DNA of 64,000 nucleotides from Octopus sinensis (lineage: Eukaryota), in NCBI RefSeq assembly GCF_006345805.1, contig NC_043008.1, positions 48,918,001 through 48,982,000 of the forward strand. The letters run 5' to 3'. How positions within the stretch are numbered: the first letter of the stretch is position 1; each line of letters starts with the position of its first letter. This document shows positions 28,082 through 40,549 of this stretch, in pieces. Both the position numbers and the translations under genes were made by a program. Under the pieces are notes generated by a model. That model was given only the letters and a program-made list of their open reading frames with translations, was not told the DNA's origin and did not search any database.

Positions 28082-28181
28082 NNNNNNNNNNNNNNNNNNN
28101 NNNNNNNNNNNNNNNNNNNNNNNNNNNNNNNNNNNNNNNNNNNNNNNNNNNNNNNNNNNNNNNNNNNNNNNNNNNNNNNNN
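28082..28181. other. Assembly gap (100 N)
   Basis: Run of exactly 100 n. Confidence 0.99.
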
Positions 28182-29019
28182 GGCCTACATAAGAAGGCTT
28201 TTAGGTCAACGATGACATACGATTAAACACTAGATTAATGTGTGTGGGACGAATTGTGTATCGTTATGTCTGTATTATTAGAATGCCTGATTCTCAACCC
28301 TGCGCTTTTGGTTTAAGCCGTGTCCTTTCCTGGCATCTTGGGATTAAGTTTGATGAAACTGGTTGTTCCTTGTATATAAGGAATAGGTTCTTTAACGCTG
28401 CACTTTGGTGTGCAATGAAAAATAATAATTTTATTTGAAACAATGAAAAAAAAAACGGATAACGGTTGGTGAGAGGAAGGGCATCCGGCTGTAAAATACT
28501 GCCTTGATAAGTCCTCGTTCAGCCAATGACAGTATGGAAAAACGAGGGTAAAATAAACGAAAAGACAGATAGATAAATAGATAGATAGATAGATAGATAT
28601 ACATATATCTATCTTTCTCTCGCTCCCCTCCTTCTATCTTTCCTTCTCTCACTCTCTCTCTCACTATTTCATTCTCTCCCTCCCTCTCTCTCTCTTTCTC
28701 TCTCTCTCTTTCTCTCTCTCTCTTTCTCTCTCTCCCTCCCTCTCCCTCTCTCTCTCTCTCCTTCTCTCTCCCTCTCCCTCTCCCTCTCTCTTTCCTTCTC
28801 TCTTTTTCTCTCCCTCACTATTTCTCTCTCTCCCTTCCTCTTACTCCCTCTCACTCTCTCACTCTTTCTCTTTCTCTCACTATTTCTCTCTCTCACTCTC
28901 TCCTTCTCTCCCCCTCTCCCCCTCTCTCTCTACCATTATATCCACTTCTGTTTATTTTAACAGTATCTTCTGCTCTAAAGTTTCAAAACAATTCCTCGTA
29001 CATCTTGTTGCAGACTTAA

Positions 29020-29269
29020 CCCATTCCTGCCGAAATCTTTTATACTGAATGAAATTGCCTGAAAATTCACAGACTCTATTATTTTGACCTAAATAACGAC
29101 TGCAAAAAAATTTTCATTGAAATCTGTTTCCTACAGACGGCCATAAGCGTTAAGAACATATTTCATTCTTTGATACACATCATACACAAATCACAATTTG
29201 TATCAATTAGTTGTTTTATACCCTTATAAAATTAAGGGTCAGTTTACACGGACGATCGGCATGAATAGG
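29020..29269. mobile_element. piggyBac-type MITE
   Basis: TTAA|CCCATTCCTGCCGA ... TCGGCATGAATAGG|TTAA. Confidence 0.75.
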
Positions 29270-30108
29270 TTAACCCATTCCTTTTCTACTCTAGGCACAA
29301 GGCCCACAATATTTGGAGACGGGGACCAGTCGATTTGATGGACCCCAGTACGCAACTGGTACTTAATTTATCGACCTCCGAAAGGATGAATGGCAAAGTC
29401 AACCTCGGCGGAGTTTGAACTCAGAATGTAAAGACAGATGAAATACCTATTTCTTTACTACCCACAAGGGACTAAACGCAGAGGAGACAAACAAGGACAG
29501 ACAAACGGATTAAGTCGATTAGATCGATCCCAGTGCATAACTGGTACTTAATTTATCGACCCCGAAAGGATGAAAGGCAAAGTCGACCTCGGCGGAATTT
29601 GAACTCACAACGTAACGCAGACGATTTCGCCCGATTTGTTAACGTTTTTAGCCAGCTCGCCGCCTTCAACCCATTCCATCAGTCAGACGATTCTTCTGAT
29701 TCTGTTAAAAGACGGTTGTTGGCCTATTTTTATTGACCGTGTTATCCTACATCTGGGACCTGGTCACAGATTTCCTTCCGCGTATCCACGAAACATCGAC
29801 TATTGGTGAGTGTTCGTTGGCGCAGTTAAGCCACATCTAGGATCTGGGCCCTAATCTTACTTCACTGTATCAACTGGATATCAGCTGACGGCAAGTCTTT
29901 ATTGGAGATACCACATCAGGGACCAGGGGGAGGGGGTTCTGAACCTACGGCATGTTTCGAAGTGGTTTTATAGACTGTAGAGAGATACATTTATAAGCTG
30001 GTTATTATTACGCAGTATGTTTGTTGTATGTCAGCTGTTGGCCACGTTTTAAGACCAACTGGAATACATCTAGCACCTGGTCACCTCTGAGGTTTTCATC
30101 TGCTCCCC

Positions 30109-30194
<86 letters not shown>

Positions 30195-30447
30195 AATATA
30201 TATATAGATACATACATATAAATATATATATATATACACACAATATATACATACATATATATATATAAATCTATATACATATACATGTATATACCTAAAT
30301 ATATATATAATATATACATATATATATATATATATAATATATAGACATATATAATATTTACATATATACATGTATATATGTATAAATATATGTATATATA
30401 TATATATTTATATATGAGTGTATATATTTATATACATTTATATATAT

Positions 30448-30487
<40 letters not shown>

Positions 30488-30559
30488 GCATATATATATA
30501 CATATATACATATATATATATACATCATATATATGTGTGTGTATGTATGTATGTATGTA

Positions 30560-30629
<70 letters not shown>

Positions 30630-30994
30630 GACAAAGCTTGTGATCCCTCCTTCAGCAGGAACAGTAATCAGATTGCAAGTTAAACCGTGCTACAAGTGTA
30701 TATACCCCAGCTGTTAATACACCTCATACACAAACATCACCACCACTACCACCGGCACCACTCTTTCGCCACCACCGCCAATACCGCCACCACTACCACT
30801 CCCACTACTGCCAATACTATTAGCACCACTGACGATATTAGCCGCCGTCGCCGCTGCCGCCACTTCTCGCAGCAACACCACCACAACCATGATCACCGCC
30901 GTCACCGCGAACCCTATTGGGGTCACTGCTACAAACAGAAAAACACCACCAGAATGACTATCAACCCCACCACCAACAACACCATTAATATTCT

Positions 30995-31605
30995 GTTCTG
31001 CTCTTAGGCACAAGGCCCGAAACTTTTAGGGAAGTAGCCAGTCGATTAGATTGACCCCAGTACGCAACTGGTAATCAATTTATAGACCCCGAAAGGATGA
31101 AAGGTAAAGTCGACCTCGGCGGAATTTGAACTCAGAGGATAAAGACAGATGAAATACCGCAAGGTATTTCGCCCGACGTGCTAACGTTTCTTATTTCTTT
31201 ATTATCCACAAGGGGCTAAACATAAAGGGGAAAAACATAGACAGACAAAGGGATTACGTCGATTAGGTGGACCCCAGTGCGTAACTGGTACTTAATTTAA
31301 CTACCCCGAAAGGATGAGAGGCAAAGTCAACCTCGGCGGAGTTTGAACTCAGAACATAAAGACAGGCGAAATACCTATTTCTTTACTACCCACAAGGGGC
31401 TAAACAGAGAGGACAAATAGGGACTAACAAACGGATTAAGTCGATTATATCGACCCCAGTACGTAACTGGTACTTAATTTATCGACCCCGAAAGAATGAA
31501 AGGCAAAGTCGACCTCGGCGGAATTTGAACTCGGAACGTAACGGCAGACGAAATACCGCTATGCATTTCGCCCGGCGTGCTAACGTTTCTGCCAGCTCGC
31601 CGCCT
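30995..31605 (-). mobile_element. tRNA-derived SINE family 3, head-to-tail trimer
   Basis: Three successive copies of cgaccccgaaaggatgaaaggcaaagtcgacctcggcggaatttgaactc; other copies or multimers near 9125-9345, 24945-25100, 29280-29665, 33570-33995, 39780-40390, 62100-62455. Confidence 0.85.
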
Positions 31606-32220
31606 TCAACACCACTAATATTATCATCTCCATCAATACTAGTATTATTAGTACCACTATTATCGTTAACAGCCACCGTTAGCCCTACTATCAGCAGCGC
31701 CAACACAAATACTCTTAGTGGGACTACGAAGGTAACGCCAACCATCACCGCCACCACCGTCAACCACCACCACCACCGCCACCTCACGCCCCAACGCCAT
31801 CACAGCTAGAACCCCTTCCCCTCCACCACTAACTTCATAATTCTCACTTTCCCACAGTTCATATTCGTGGATTCATTAATTCCACTGTTTTTACTATTAA
31901 TAATCCCAGCTGCATCAAATATAATGTTAAGACACTTTAAACTACTTCTAGAAACCAAATGGTTGATCGCTGTGTTGTTTTTCATTTATTATCACCTGTA
32001 CGATTTTAGAAGAGGTGTGTCGACGAAAGTTTTGATACAGGTGTTTTCGTTTTGTTCCTGGGCAAATCTCTAAATTCTACATACATCAATCGTTCTTGTG
32101 GTGAGCAGTATTATAGCCTAAGACTGTTCAAATCCTCTACAGTAATGATTCAGAGAATATTGTCAATGGTTACTATGATGACGAAGTTGACTAACTTCTG
32201 CCATAGAAGCGTACGGCTCC

Positions 32221-32303
<83 letters not shown>

Positions 32304-32323
32304 CTTATCTATCTATCTATCTA

Positions 32324-32356
<33 letters not shown>

Positions 32357-32358
32357 CT

Positions 32359-32418
<60 letters not shown>

Positions 32419-32868
32419 ATATCTATCTATCTATCTCTTTATCTATCTATCCATCTATCTATCTATCTATCTCTCTGGATTAAGTGTTCGTTTCTCTTTT
32501 TGTCTTCTGCAATTATATTTTTGGATCTTCTATATATATGAAGAATTTTCCTCTGTCTGGCTGTTTTTTCTCTCTACAAAACGAAAAGTTGCATTATGGA
32601 ACAGTCATTTTAACGACATTTTTTTTATTTATTTATCACCTGACGTCTGCACCACCGGATACTCCTGAACCGGTTTTTATGTGTCCCACAAGAGGGTCGA
32701 TGTTAGATGTGTCGAAACAATTGTTGTAATTAATAATAAGTTCTCGTATATTGTCCTTCCATCTCATTTGTTTCATACATTACATACATACATAATACAT
32801 ACATACTACAGACATACATACATAATACATACATACATACATATATATATATACATATACATATATAG

Positions 32869-32900
<32 letters not shown>

Positions 32901-34030
32901 TATATATTATATATATATATATATATATATCAGCCGAAATGTTGCGTTAACAATAAACAAGATGAGGACAAACACCCATCAAATGTGAATAATGTAAATA
33001 ATGTAAATAATTTATATAATTCTTCATCTCTTAATTATAGAACTGTAAAAGCCATTTTAATTGCAATTTATTTCTTGTCGTTTATACTAATCACCACCAT
33101 TAGTGGCGCGTTGATTAGTGGGGTGCCTAGAGAAGGACACAACAGGGGTGAGGGGTGGTCGGAAATATCTGCCAACTCGGACCATCAGAAGTCATCATAG
33201 TAGCGGTAGATGATCCAGAGGGAAGAGACATGGCGCTTGTGTGCCACTGGCTGGAAGATTTCCGGACGAGTGAGACTTTATGCTTATCGTTCGAGTGGGC
33301 CACTTCTGGATGCAGTCCCGAATGATTGAGTGTGTTTGTGTGTGTGCGTGTTTGTATGTGTGTGTATGTGCGTACGCATGTGTATGTGTGCGTGTGTATG
33401 TGTGGAGAGAAAAACAGTCGACTCCTGGTACTTGGTTGGTATTTCATTTTGTTGACCCTGGGTTGATGGAAAAGCAAAGACCACCCCCATCAGGATTTGA
33501 ACTCAGAACATAAAAAACACAACAAAACGAAAGAAATAACGCAAGACGGATAATGATAATTATCTTTTCTTATTTTAGCACAAGGCCGGAAATTTTGTGG
33601 GGGTAGGGTAGTCGATACCAGTACTTGACTGGTTCTTTATTTTATCGATCCTGGAAGGATGTAGAATGAATATGACTCTATGGGACTTGAACTCGGAACA
33701 GAGAGTGCCGGAAGAAATGCCGTTAAGCATTTTATCCGACACGATAACGATTTCTGCCACCTCGCCGCTTTTAAATAAGGGTTTCTAATTTAGGCACAAA
33801 CCCAACGATTTTGTAAGAAGGGGGTTAGTCGAAACCCCTTGACCCCAGTATTTGACTCGTATTTATATTATCGACCCGGGAGGAATGAAAAGCGAATTCA
33901 GCTTAGGCAGAATTTGATATCAGAACGTAATGAGTCGGAAGAAATGCCACAAGGCATTTCGTCCGACGCTCTAACGAATCTGCCATCTTGCCGCCAAACA
34001 ACATGGTAACGATACAACAATAACACCACC

Positions 34031-34064
<34 letters not shown>

Positions 34065-34627
34065 ACAACAAGAAAAACAAGAAAGACGACGACGAGGGAC
34101 TTTGTGGCGTGTTTTTTTATTCCTAAAAGATTTTAATTTGGTTTTCTGTTTCTTATCCAAACATGTAGGAACAAATTCCATTGACCACAGTCATTGATAC
34201 ATAACAAATGTGTGTTTAGGTTTATGTACACTTAGTACCGGATATTAAGAAGTTAACAGGCGTTCGTGCGCATATACACACACATACGTGTATGAATGTA
34301 TGTAGTATGGATTTGTATGTATGTATGTATGTATGTATGTATATATGTATGTATGTATGTATAATGTATGTATATATATATGTGTGTGGTGTGTATTTAT
34401 ATTTATATATATATATAATATATATTTATATGTATATAATATATATATCGTATATATATATATATAATATATATAATATATATATATTATATATATATTA
34501 TTATATATATATATACATACATATATATAATACACACACACACACACATATATATATATTGTGTATGGTGGGGCAAGGAATATTCAAGATATGTTAATTA
34601 TCACTGGTAGATACCAGGAGCTATTCA

Positions 34628-35080
34628 GAGACCTTTAATTAAGTATTAGTTCTCTGTTAATTAGCAGCAGGCGTCTTGCCTAATGAGTTCTTAATTAGAT
34701 TGATGCAAGTTAGATGTCTTGCCAATCTTACCTGAAAAACACACGACGTAACGTCTCTTGTGAGATGCGAACCCTCCATCTATTCCTTACTGTGATTGTA
34801 TTCGGTCAACAGTCGTTACTGCTGCTGCTGTTGTTGTTGTTGTTGTTTATCCTCAAGTCAAAGTTCAAATTCTGCTATCTCTTTTACTCTTTTACTTGTT
34901 TCAGTCATTTGACTGTGGCCATGCTGGAGCACCGCCTTTAGTCGAGCAAATCGACACCAGGACTTATTTTTTGTAAGCCTAGTACTTATTCTATCGGTCT
35001 CTTTTGCCGAACCGCTAAGTTACGGGGACGTAAACACACCAGCATCGGTTATCAAGTAACGTTGGGGGAACAAACACACA

Positions 35081-35112
<32 letters not shown>

Positions 35113-36434
35113 TACATAATATATATATTATATATATATAGACGGGCTTCTTTCAGTTTCCGTCTACCAAATCCACTCACAAGGCTTTTTCGGCGGCCCG
35201 AGCTATAGTAGAAGACACTTTCCCAAGGTGGCACATAGTGGGAATGAACCCGGAACCATGTGGTTCGTAAGCAAGCTACTTACCACACAGCCACTCCTAC
35301 TTTCCTATTCTTTCTGAAGTAAACAAAATATTTCACCACAAGGTACAGTCCTTGTTGCGATGCGATGGGTTATATGTTTCGATGACCCTGACAGCCATGC
35401 CGGCGGTACGCAAGCTCTTGGCGTAGCCTCCCATGATGGCCAAGTCAAAAGATAGGGGCCAAACTAATAGTAGACACTTCTTCCCAGAGAAAAAAATGGA
35501 TTTGCGTCGGGCCAACATATCTATCTAGAAAAAAAGAAGGGCAAAGTTACAAAAGCATCGATGACAATTCAGAACCAACAAGACGTGGGAGAGGAAGGCC
35601 TCTCCTCGGGGGACATATACGACCTAGAACCCACAAGGGAAGCTGAAGTGGGTGGCGACACCCAAAAATTAACTGCGGGTTTGATACTAAGGCAGAACTG
35701 GAAAAGCAGGGATCCAATGGGTGAGAAGCAGAAAAAACAGACCAAAGCCGAGAACAACAAAGAAAAGTCATCGATATCCTTTGAGCCATAGAAAGCGAAG
35801 GGCTTAATAAACAAAATATTACCAGTAATATACTTGGGCTGATTGGGTCTCCTTCGCTTCCTTCTGGCAATGTTTATAGAAAAAGGGGTCATGTTAAATG
35901 AAACTGACCTCAATGAATTACTGACAGGCGATAATTGTGGAAGATACTTGCCCGAAGTGTCGCGCAATCGAATCGAACCCAAAATCGCCTGATTACGAAG
36001 TGAACTTCGTAACCATTCGATCATACGATTAGAAAGAAGTGGTATGATTCTCTTCATCGAAAAAAAAGGCTCTTCGATCTATTCTGTTCTCAAAGTTCTG
36101 TTGAGAATAAAATGACTGCCGCCATTAAAATGATTGAGACCTTTAATTAAGTATTAGTTCTCTGTTAATTAGCAGCAGGTGTCTTGCCTAATAAGTTCTT
36201 AATTAGACTGATGTAAGTTAGATGTCTTGCCAATCTTACATGAGAAACACACGATGCAACGCCCCTTGTGAGATGCGAACCCTCCATCTATTTCTTACTG
36301 TGATTGTATCCGGTCAACAGTTTCTAACGTCAACACAAGGGCAATAGTTGTTGTTGTTGTTGCTGCTGTTGTTACTGTTGTTGTTGTTGTTGCTCCTACT
36401 GTTTATCCTCGGGTCAAAGTTCAAATCCTGCTAT
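34628..36434. repeat. Dispersed direct repeat of about 250-300 bp (34628-34878 and 36136-36434)
   Basis: Both copies begin gagacctttaattaagtattagttctctg and end gtcaaagttcaaat.ctgctat; they differ by many substitutions. Confidence 0.9.
35335..35520 (-). mobile_element. RTE-type 5' UTR fragment
   Basis: TGGCCCCTATCTTTTGACTTGGCCATCATGGGAGGCTACGCCAAGAG...GCCGGCATGGCTGTCAGGGTCATCGA resembles RTE 5' regions as I recall them; not verified by search. Confidence 0.45.
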
Positions 36435-37022
36435 TGTTAATTAAATGATTAATTTAGATGGAATATAACTTCGTTTTTTGTTTTTGCTTTTGTTTTTTTG
36501 TTTTTCGCGGTGACGGAGGGTTAGGGACGTGTGTGAAATGCATTAATATTTATTACTAAATCAGAGAAGAAACCTGGGGGTTTCGACAAAAGCTTCGCAA
36601 TGATAGACAAAAGCGGAGTTTACCCCCAGACCGGAAACGTGACCCGAATGCTTGCAAGATAGACTTCACTAAAAGCATCCAAGTGCCAGGAGACGGTGCA
36701 TAAAAAAACCCCAAAATTGAATTATAAGTACATGTAGCACCATCTGCCACGGTTGCAATCCTTCCCTGATACGGTTACATCCATTCACAGATTTAGCTTA
36801 ATTACAAACAAAACCACTCGATCTGTGGCCCGTGAAAAGTGATACTAATGATGTTAACAGATGTTTATGTTCATATAAAATAATGAACACCATTCAGAGA
36901 AAATGTGAACTGTAAGCAAACCATGATCCTGACCCGGTTTCGATTCTCAATCACAATTGTTTAACTTCATCTATGTTGGCGACAGCTTTCAAAAACCATA
37001 AACACTCCGCAATCTCACTTCT

Positions 37023-37259
37023 CGGATCTTTCCTTTTGATGGACGGAATTTTCTAGTTAACTAAACAATTTGAAACTTCGTATACTGGTAGAATGTGTCA
37101 AAAGAAAACATTATTGTAAACAAAATTGAAAACAAAATTGTAATTTGTAAGTTTAACGTAGTTTAATTCTTCTTTTTTTTTTACACATTCTACCAGTATA
37201 CGAAGTTTCAAATTGTTTAGTTAACTAGAAAATTCCGTCCATCAAAAGGAAAAGATCCC
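37023..37259. mobile_element. MITE family B with a 6-bp TSD
   Basis: About 75-bp near-perfect TIRs CGGATCTTTCCTTTTGATGGACGG... / ...CCGTCCATCAAAAGGAAAAGATCCC, flanked by ACTTCT on both sides. Confidence 0.88.
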
Positions 37260-37389
37260 ACTTCTCTGCTATAATATTTCTGGGAGTTTGTATCAATAGA
37301 AAAAATAACTTCCTCAAAGACATGTCAATGCAATGCTCTTCTGGTTCTCTATCTCATTTCCGTTATATGCAACAAAAACAGTGTTGAAT

Positions 37390-38179
37390 TAAAGTAGCTA
37401 TCTACGTATCATACTCAATGTATATACATCGTCGAAAGGCAATTTACTTTCGTGTTGGTCCAGAGATAACATCTCTTAACGACGTACTGTGTTTAAAAAC
37501 ACAATGTGTGTGTGTACGGCGGTGGGGGTGTATGTACGCGTGCGTATGTGCGTGCGTGTCTTTATGTCTGTGATTGTCTCCCACCCACCGCTTGACAACA
37601 TATATGTTTACATATCCCTAACTTAGCGGTTCGGCAAAACAGCCCAATAGAATAAGTACCAGACTTTAAAAAAAAACGAGTACTGGGTTCGATTTACTCG
37701 ACTACAAATTCTTCACGGTGCTGCCCCAGCATGGCCACAATCTAATGTCTGAAACAAGTAAAAGATAACAAATACATCGGAGTGAAATGAAACTCATCTC
37801 AGCAGCGACTAACGAGAACACCGGATACATTTCGACCTCGTTGGGCCTTATTCATGGTGTGTGCTCACAGCCAGCCACAGGACTAGACGAGATTTGTTGC
37901 CTCCGATATTATAGAAAAACTGTATAGAAACTATCCACTGGTATTGTGAACAGGGCATCTGTTCACAATACGTGTGTATAAATCCTTCACTGAGATTGCG
38001 TATAGGTGCACGGTTGAATAAAATCCGTCTTCCGCAATAGAAGCAACATTGAATTAAAACGATATGTGTGTGGTGTGTGTCATATATATATATCCATTAT
38101 GTAACCCACACACATATATATATATTTAATAATATATATATATATATATTATATATTACATATATATATATATATATAT

Positions 38180-38222
<43 letters not shown>

Positions 38223-39030
38223 TATATATAACGTAAAGTATACAAGCCATCTCAATATGGCTAACCACTAGAGTGGGTGTTACTGTAGCTTTTAGCCCCA
38301 GGAGATCATCGTCTCCAGCTGGCTTAGGCACACTATCTGTGCCCTTATGGTATTTGCACAGATAGTGTGCCTAAAGCCAGCTTACTGTAGCTTTTAGTCC
38401 AGGAGATCATCGTCTCCAGCTGGCTTTAGGCACACTATCTGTGCAAATACCATAAGGGCACAGATAGTGTGCCTAAAGCCAGCTGGAGACGATGATCTCC
38501 TGGGACTAAAAGCTACAGTAACACCCACCCTTAGTGGTTAGCCATATTGAGATGGCTAGTATACTTTACGTTGTCGAGCGGTTACTGTTTACATCTCGTT
38601 CAGAGATTTAATAATGCTTGCATATATATATATATATATATCGTTTTAATTCAATGTTGCTTCTATTGCGGAGGACGGATTTTTATTCAGCCGTGCACCA
38701 ATACGCAATCTCAGTGAAGGATTTACACACAATTTTCTATAAATCGGAAGTTTATACACCGTTTTCTATAAATCTCATCTAAGCAAGTGTCTCGCTGTGA
38801 GTATACACCATTAAGAAGGCCCAACGAGGATAAAATGCTTGTCGCTGTTGGCACTATTTCCGTCTCCTTCCAATGTGTGTGCGTGAGTGTGAGCGCGGGC
38901 ACGGGCGTGCGTGTGTAGTGTTTTTTAAACAAAGTAAATCCATATGATATGTTATTCCTGGACGAATACCAAAGTAAATTGTCTTTCAGCGATATATTTA
39001 CCTAAAGCAGGATACATAGATATCTCTGCC
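37390..39030. repeat. Nested foldback of about 1.6 kb
   Basis: Inner arms 37972-38064 / 38637-38730 are near-identical; outer arms (about 37430-37505 vs 38915-38992) are diverged; a palindromic MITE sits in the centre and a SINE in the left arm. Confidence 0.8.
38230..38572. mobile_element. Palindromic MITE with internal duplication
   Basis: AACGTAAAGTATAC... / ...GTATACTTTACGTT ends; core tagccccaggaga..tcgtctccagctggct shared with 2412-2650. Confidence 0.7.
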
Positions 39031-39190
39031 TTACTTAGCACGTTCTGCGGTTTCTTTGAAAGATAGGAGATGCTTGGTTTTCAGGAATTTTACCGAAATA
39101 TTCTTCTACAGGCGGGATACGAATCCCTCACTTGTTCACTTTTTCGACCAAATGACCAAATTCCTTTATATTATATATATATGCTGAGCT

Positions 39191-39226
<36 letters not shown>

Positions 39227-39547
39227 AAATACAAAATGGGACCAGACATCCAGATAGACGATACAAAGAAAACACGGTGGAACAATGGTTTTTCTCTGAC
39301 AGCAGTTTTACATTTTCCAAATGCCTTTAGCTAGGCCGAAATAATGTCTTCACCACTTGACCCTTTCTAACCTCTCCTACTTCACGAAAAGATAGAATAG
39401 AGATAACAAGACCACCAACTAAATCTATTGTTCTTAATGTTATATCTATCCTTCTGGATAGTTATAAAAGCAAGAATACCCCAAGCAAAAGTCTGTCGGT
39501 GACGACTCAACCAGTTGGTCACTGCGGTGACAACCAAGTCTGGCTGA

Positions 39548-39756
39548 TCATCAGGTGTCTTGGAGAAATTTCGAACCTTAGGAATGAGAACCCAGGTTCG
39601 AAATTTCCCCAAGACACCTGATGAAGGCTAGAGGGTGTATCAGCCGAAACGTTGTGTTAGCAACAAATAAGATGAGAACAAATATCCGTCAAATGTAAAT
39701 AATATAAATAATCTACATAATGTAAATAATTTCTCATCTCTTAAATATAGGACTGT
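39548..39756 (+). mobile_element. Penelope-like pLTR fragment with inverted 5' copy
   Basis: Inverted repeat 39548-39624 followed by the hammerhead and an AT-rich tail; a second partial copy of the tail lies at about 32930-33046. Confidence 0.5.
39613..39658 (+). ncRNA. Minimal hammerhead ribozyme motif (dimer-type stem III)
   Basis: GACAC-CTGATGA-A-GGCT...AGCC-GAAACGTT^GTGTT; palindromic AACGTT stem III; stem I GACAC/GTGTT. Confidence 0.6.
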
Positions 39757-40549
39757 ATTTGATAATTATTTAAAATTTTTACCACAAGGGCAGCTTGGGG
39801 GAGGTGGAGGGAGGCGATTACTCACCCCGGGGTTCGACCCCGAAAGAATGAAAGGCAAAATCGACCTCGGTATTTGAACTCAGAACGTAAAGCGGCTAAG
39901 CATTTCGTCCAGCATGCTAACTTTTCTTATTTCTTTATTGCCCACAAGGGGCTAAACATAGAGGGGACAAACAAGGACAGACAAAGGGATAACGTCGATT
40001 ACATCGACCCCAGTGCGTAACTGGTACTTAATTTATCGACCCAGAAAGAATGAAAGGCAAAATCGACCTCGGTGGAATTTGAACTCAGAACGTAAAGCCG
40101 GACAAAAAGTGGCTAAGCATTTCGTCCGGCGTGCTAACGTTTCTGCCAGCCCGTCGCCTTATACAGGTGTAATATTTAATAATGTTCCGTAATCATAGAA
40201 GGCGGTGAGCAGGCGGAATCGTTACCGCACAGGTAAAAATGCGTCACGGCATTTCTTCCGACTGGGTCAGCTTTGCTTTTCGTATTTCCGGGGTCGATAG
40301 CACTAAGTATTAATTGAACGCTGGGGGCCGATGCAATCGACATGTCCCATCTCCTGCCAGAAATTGCTGGCCTTGTGCCAAAATTTGAAACCAGTAGCGT
40401 ATCGTCATTATTTCTAAGCAATAATAAAAGTAACAGCAAAACTGTAGCGCAGTAAATTTCGGGTGGTAAGGCCACGGTTGGATTGGTAGTCACTGTCGGA
40501 CATCATGACAACCACTAGCATTCCAGTTTTTAAAGGAAAACAAAAGGTA

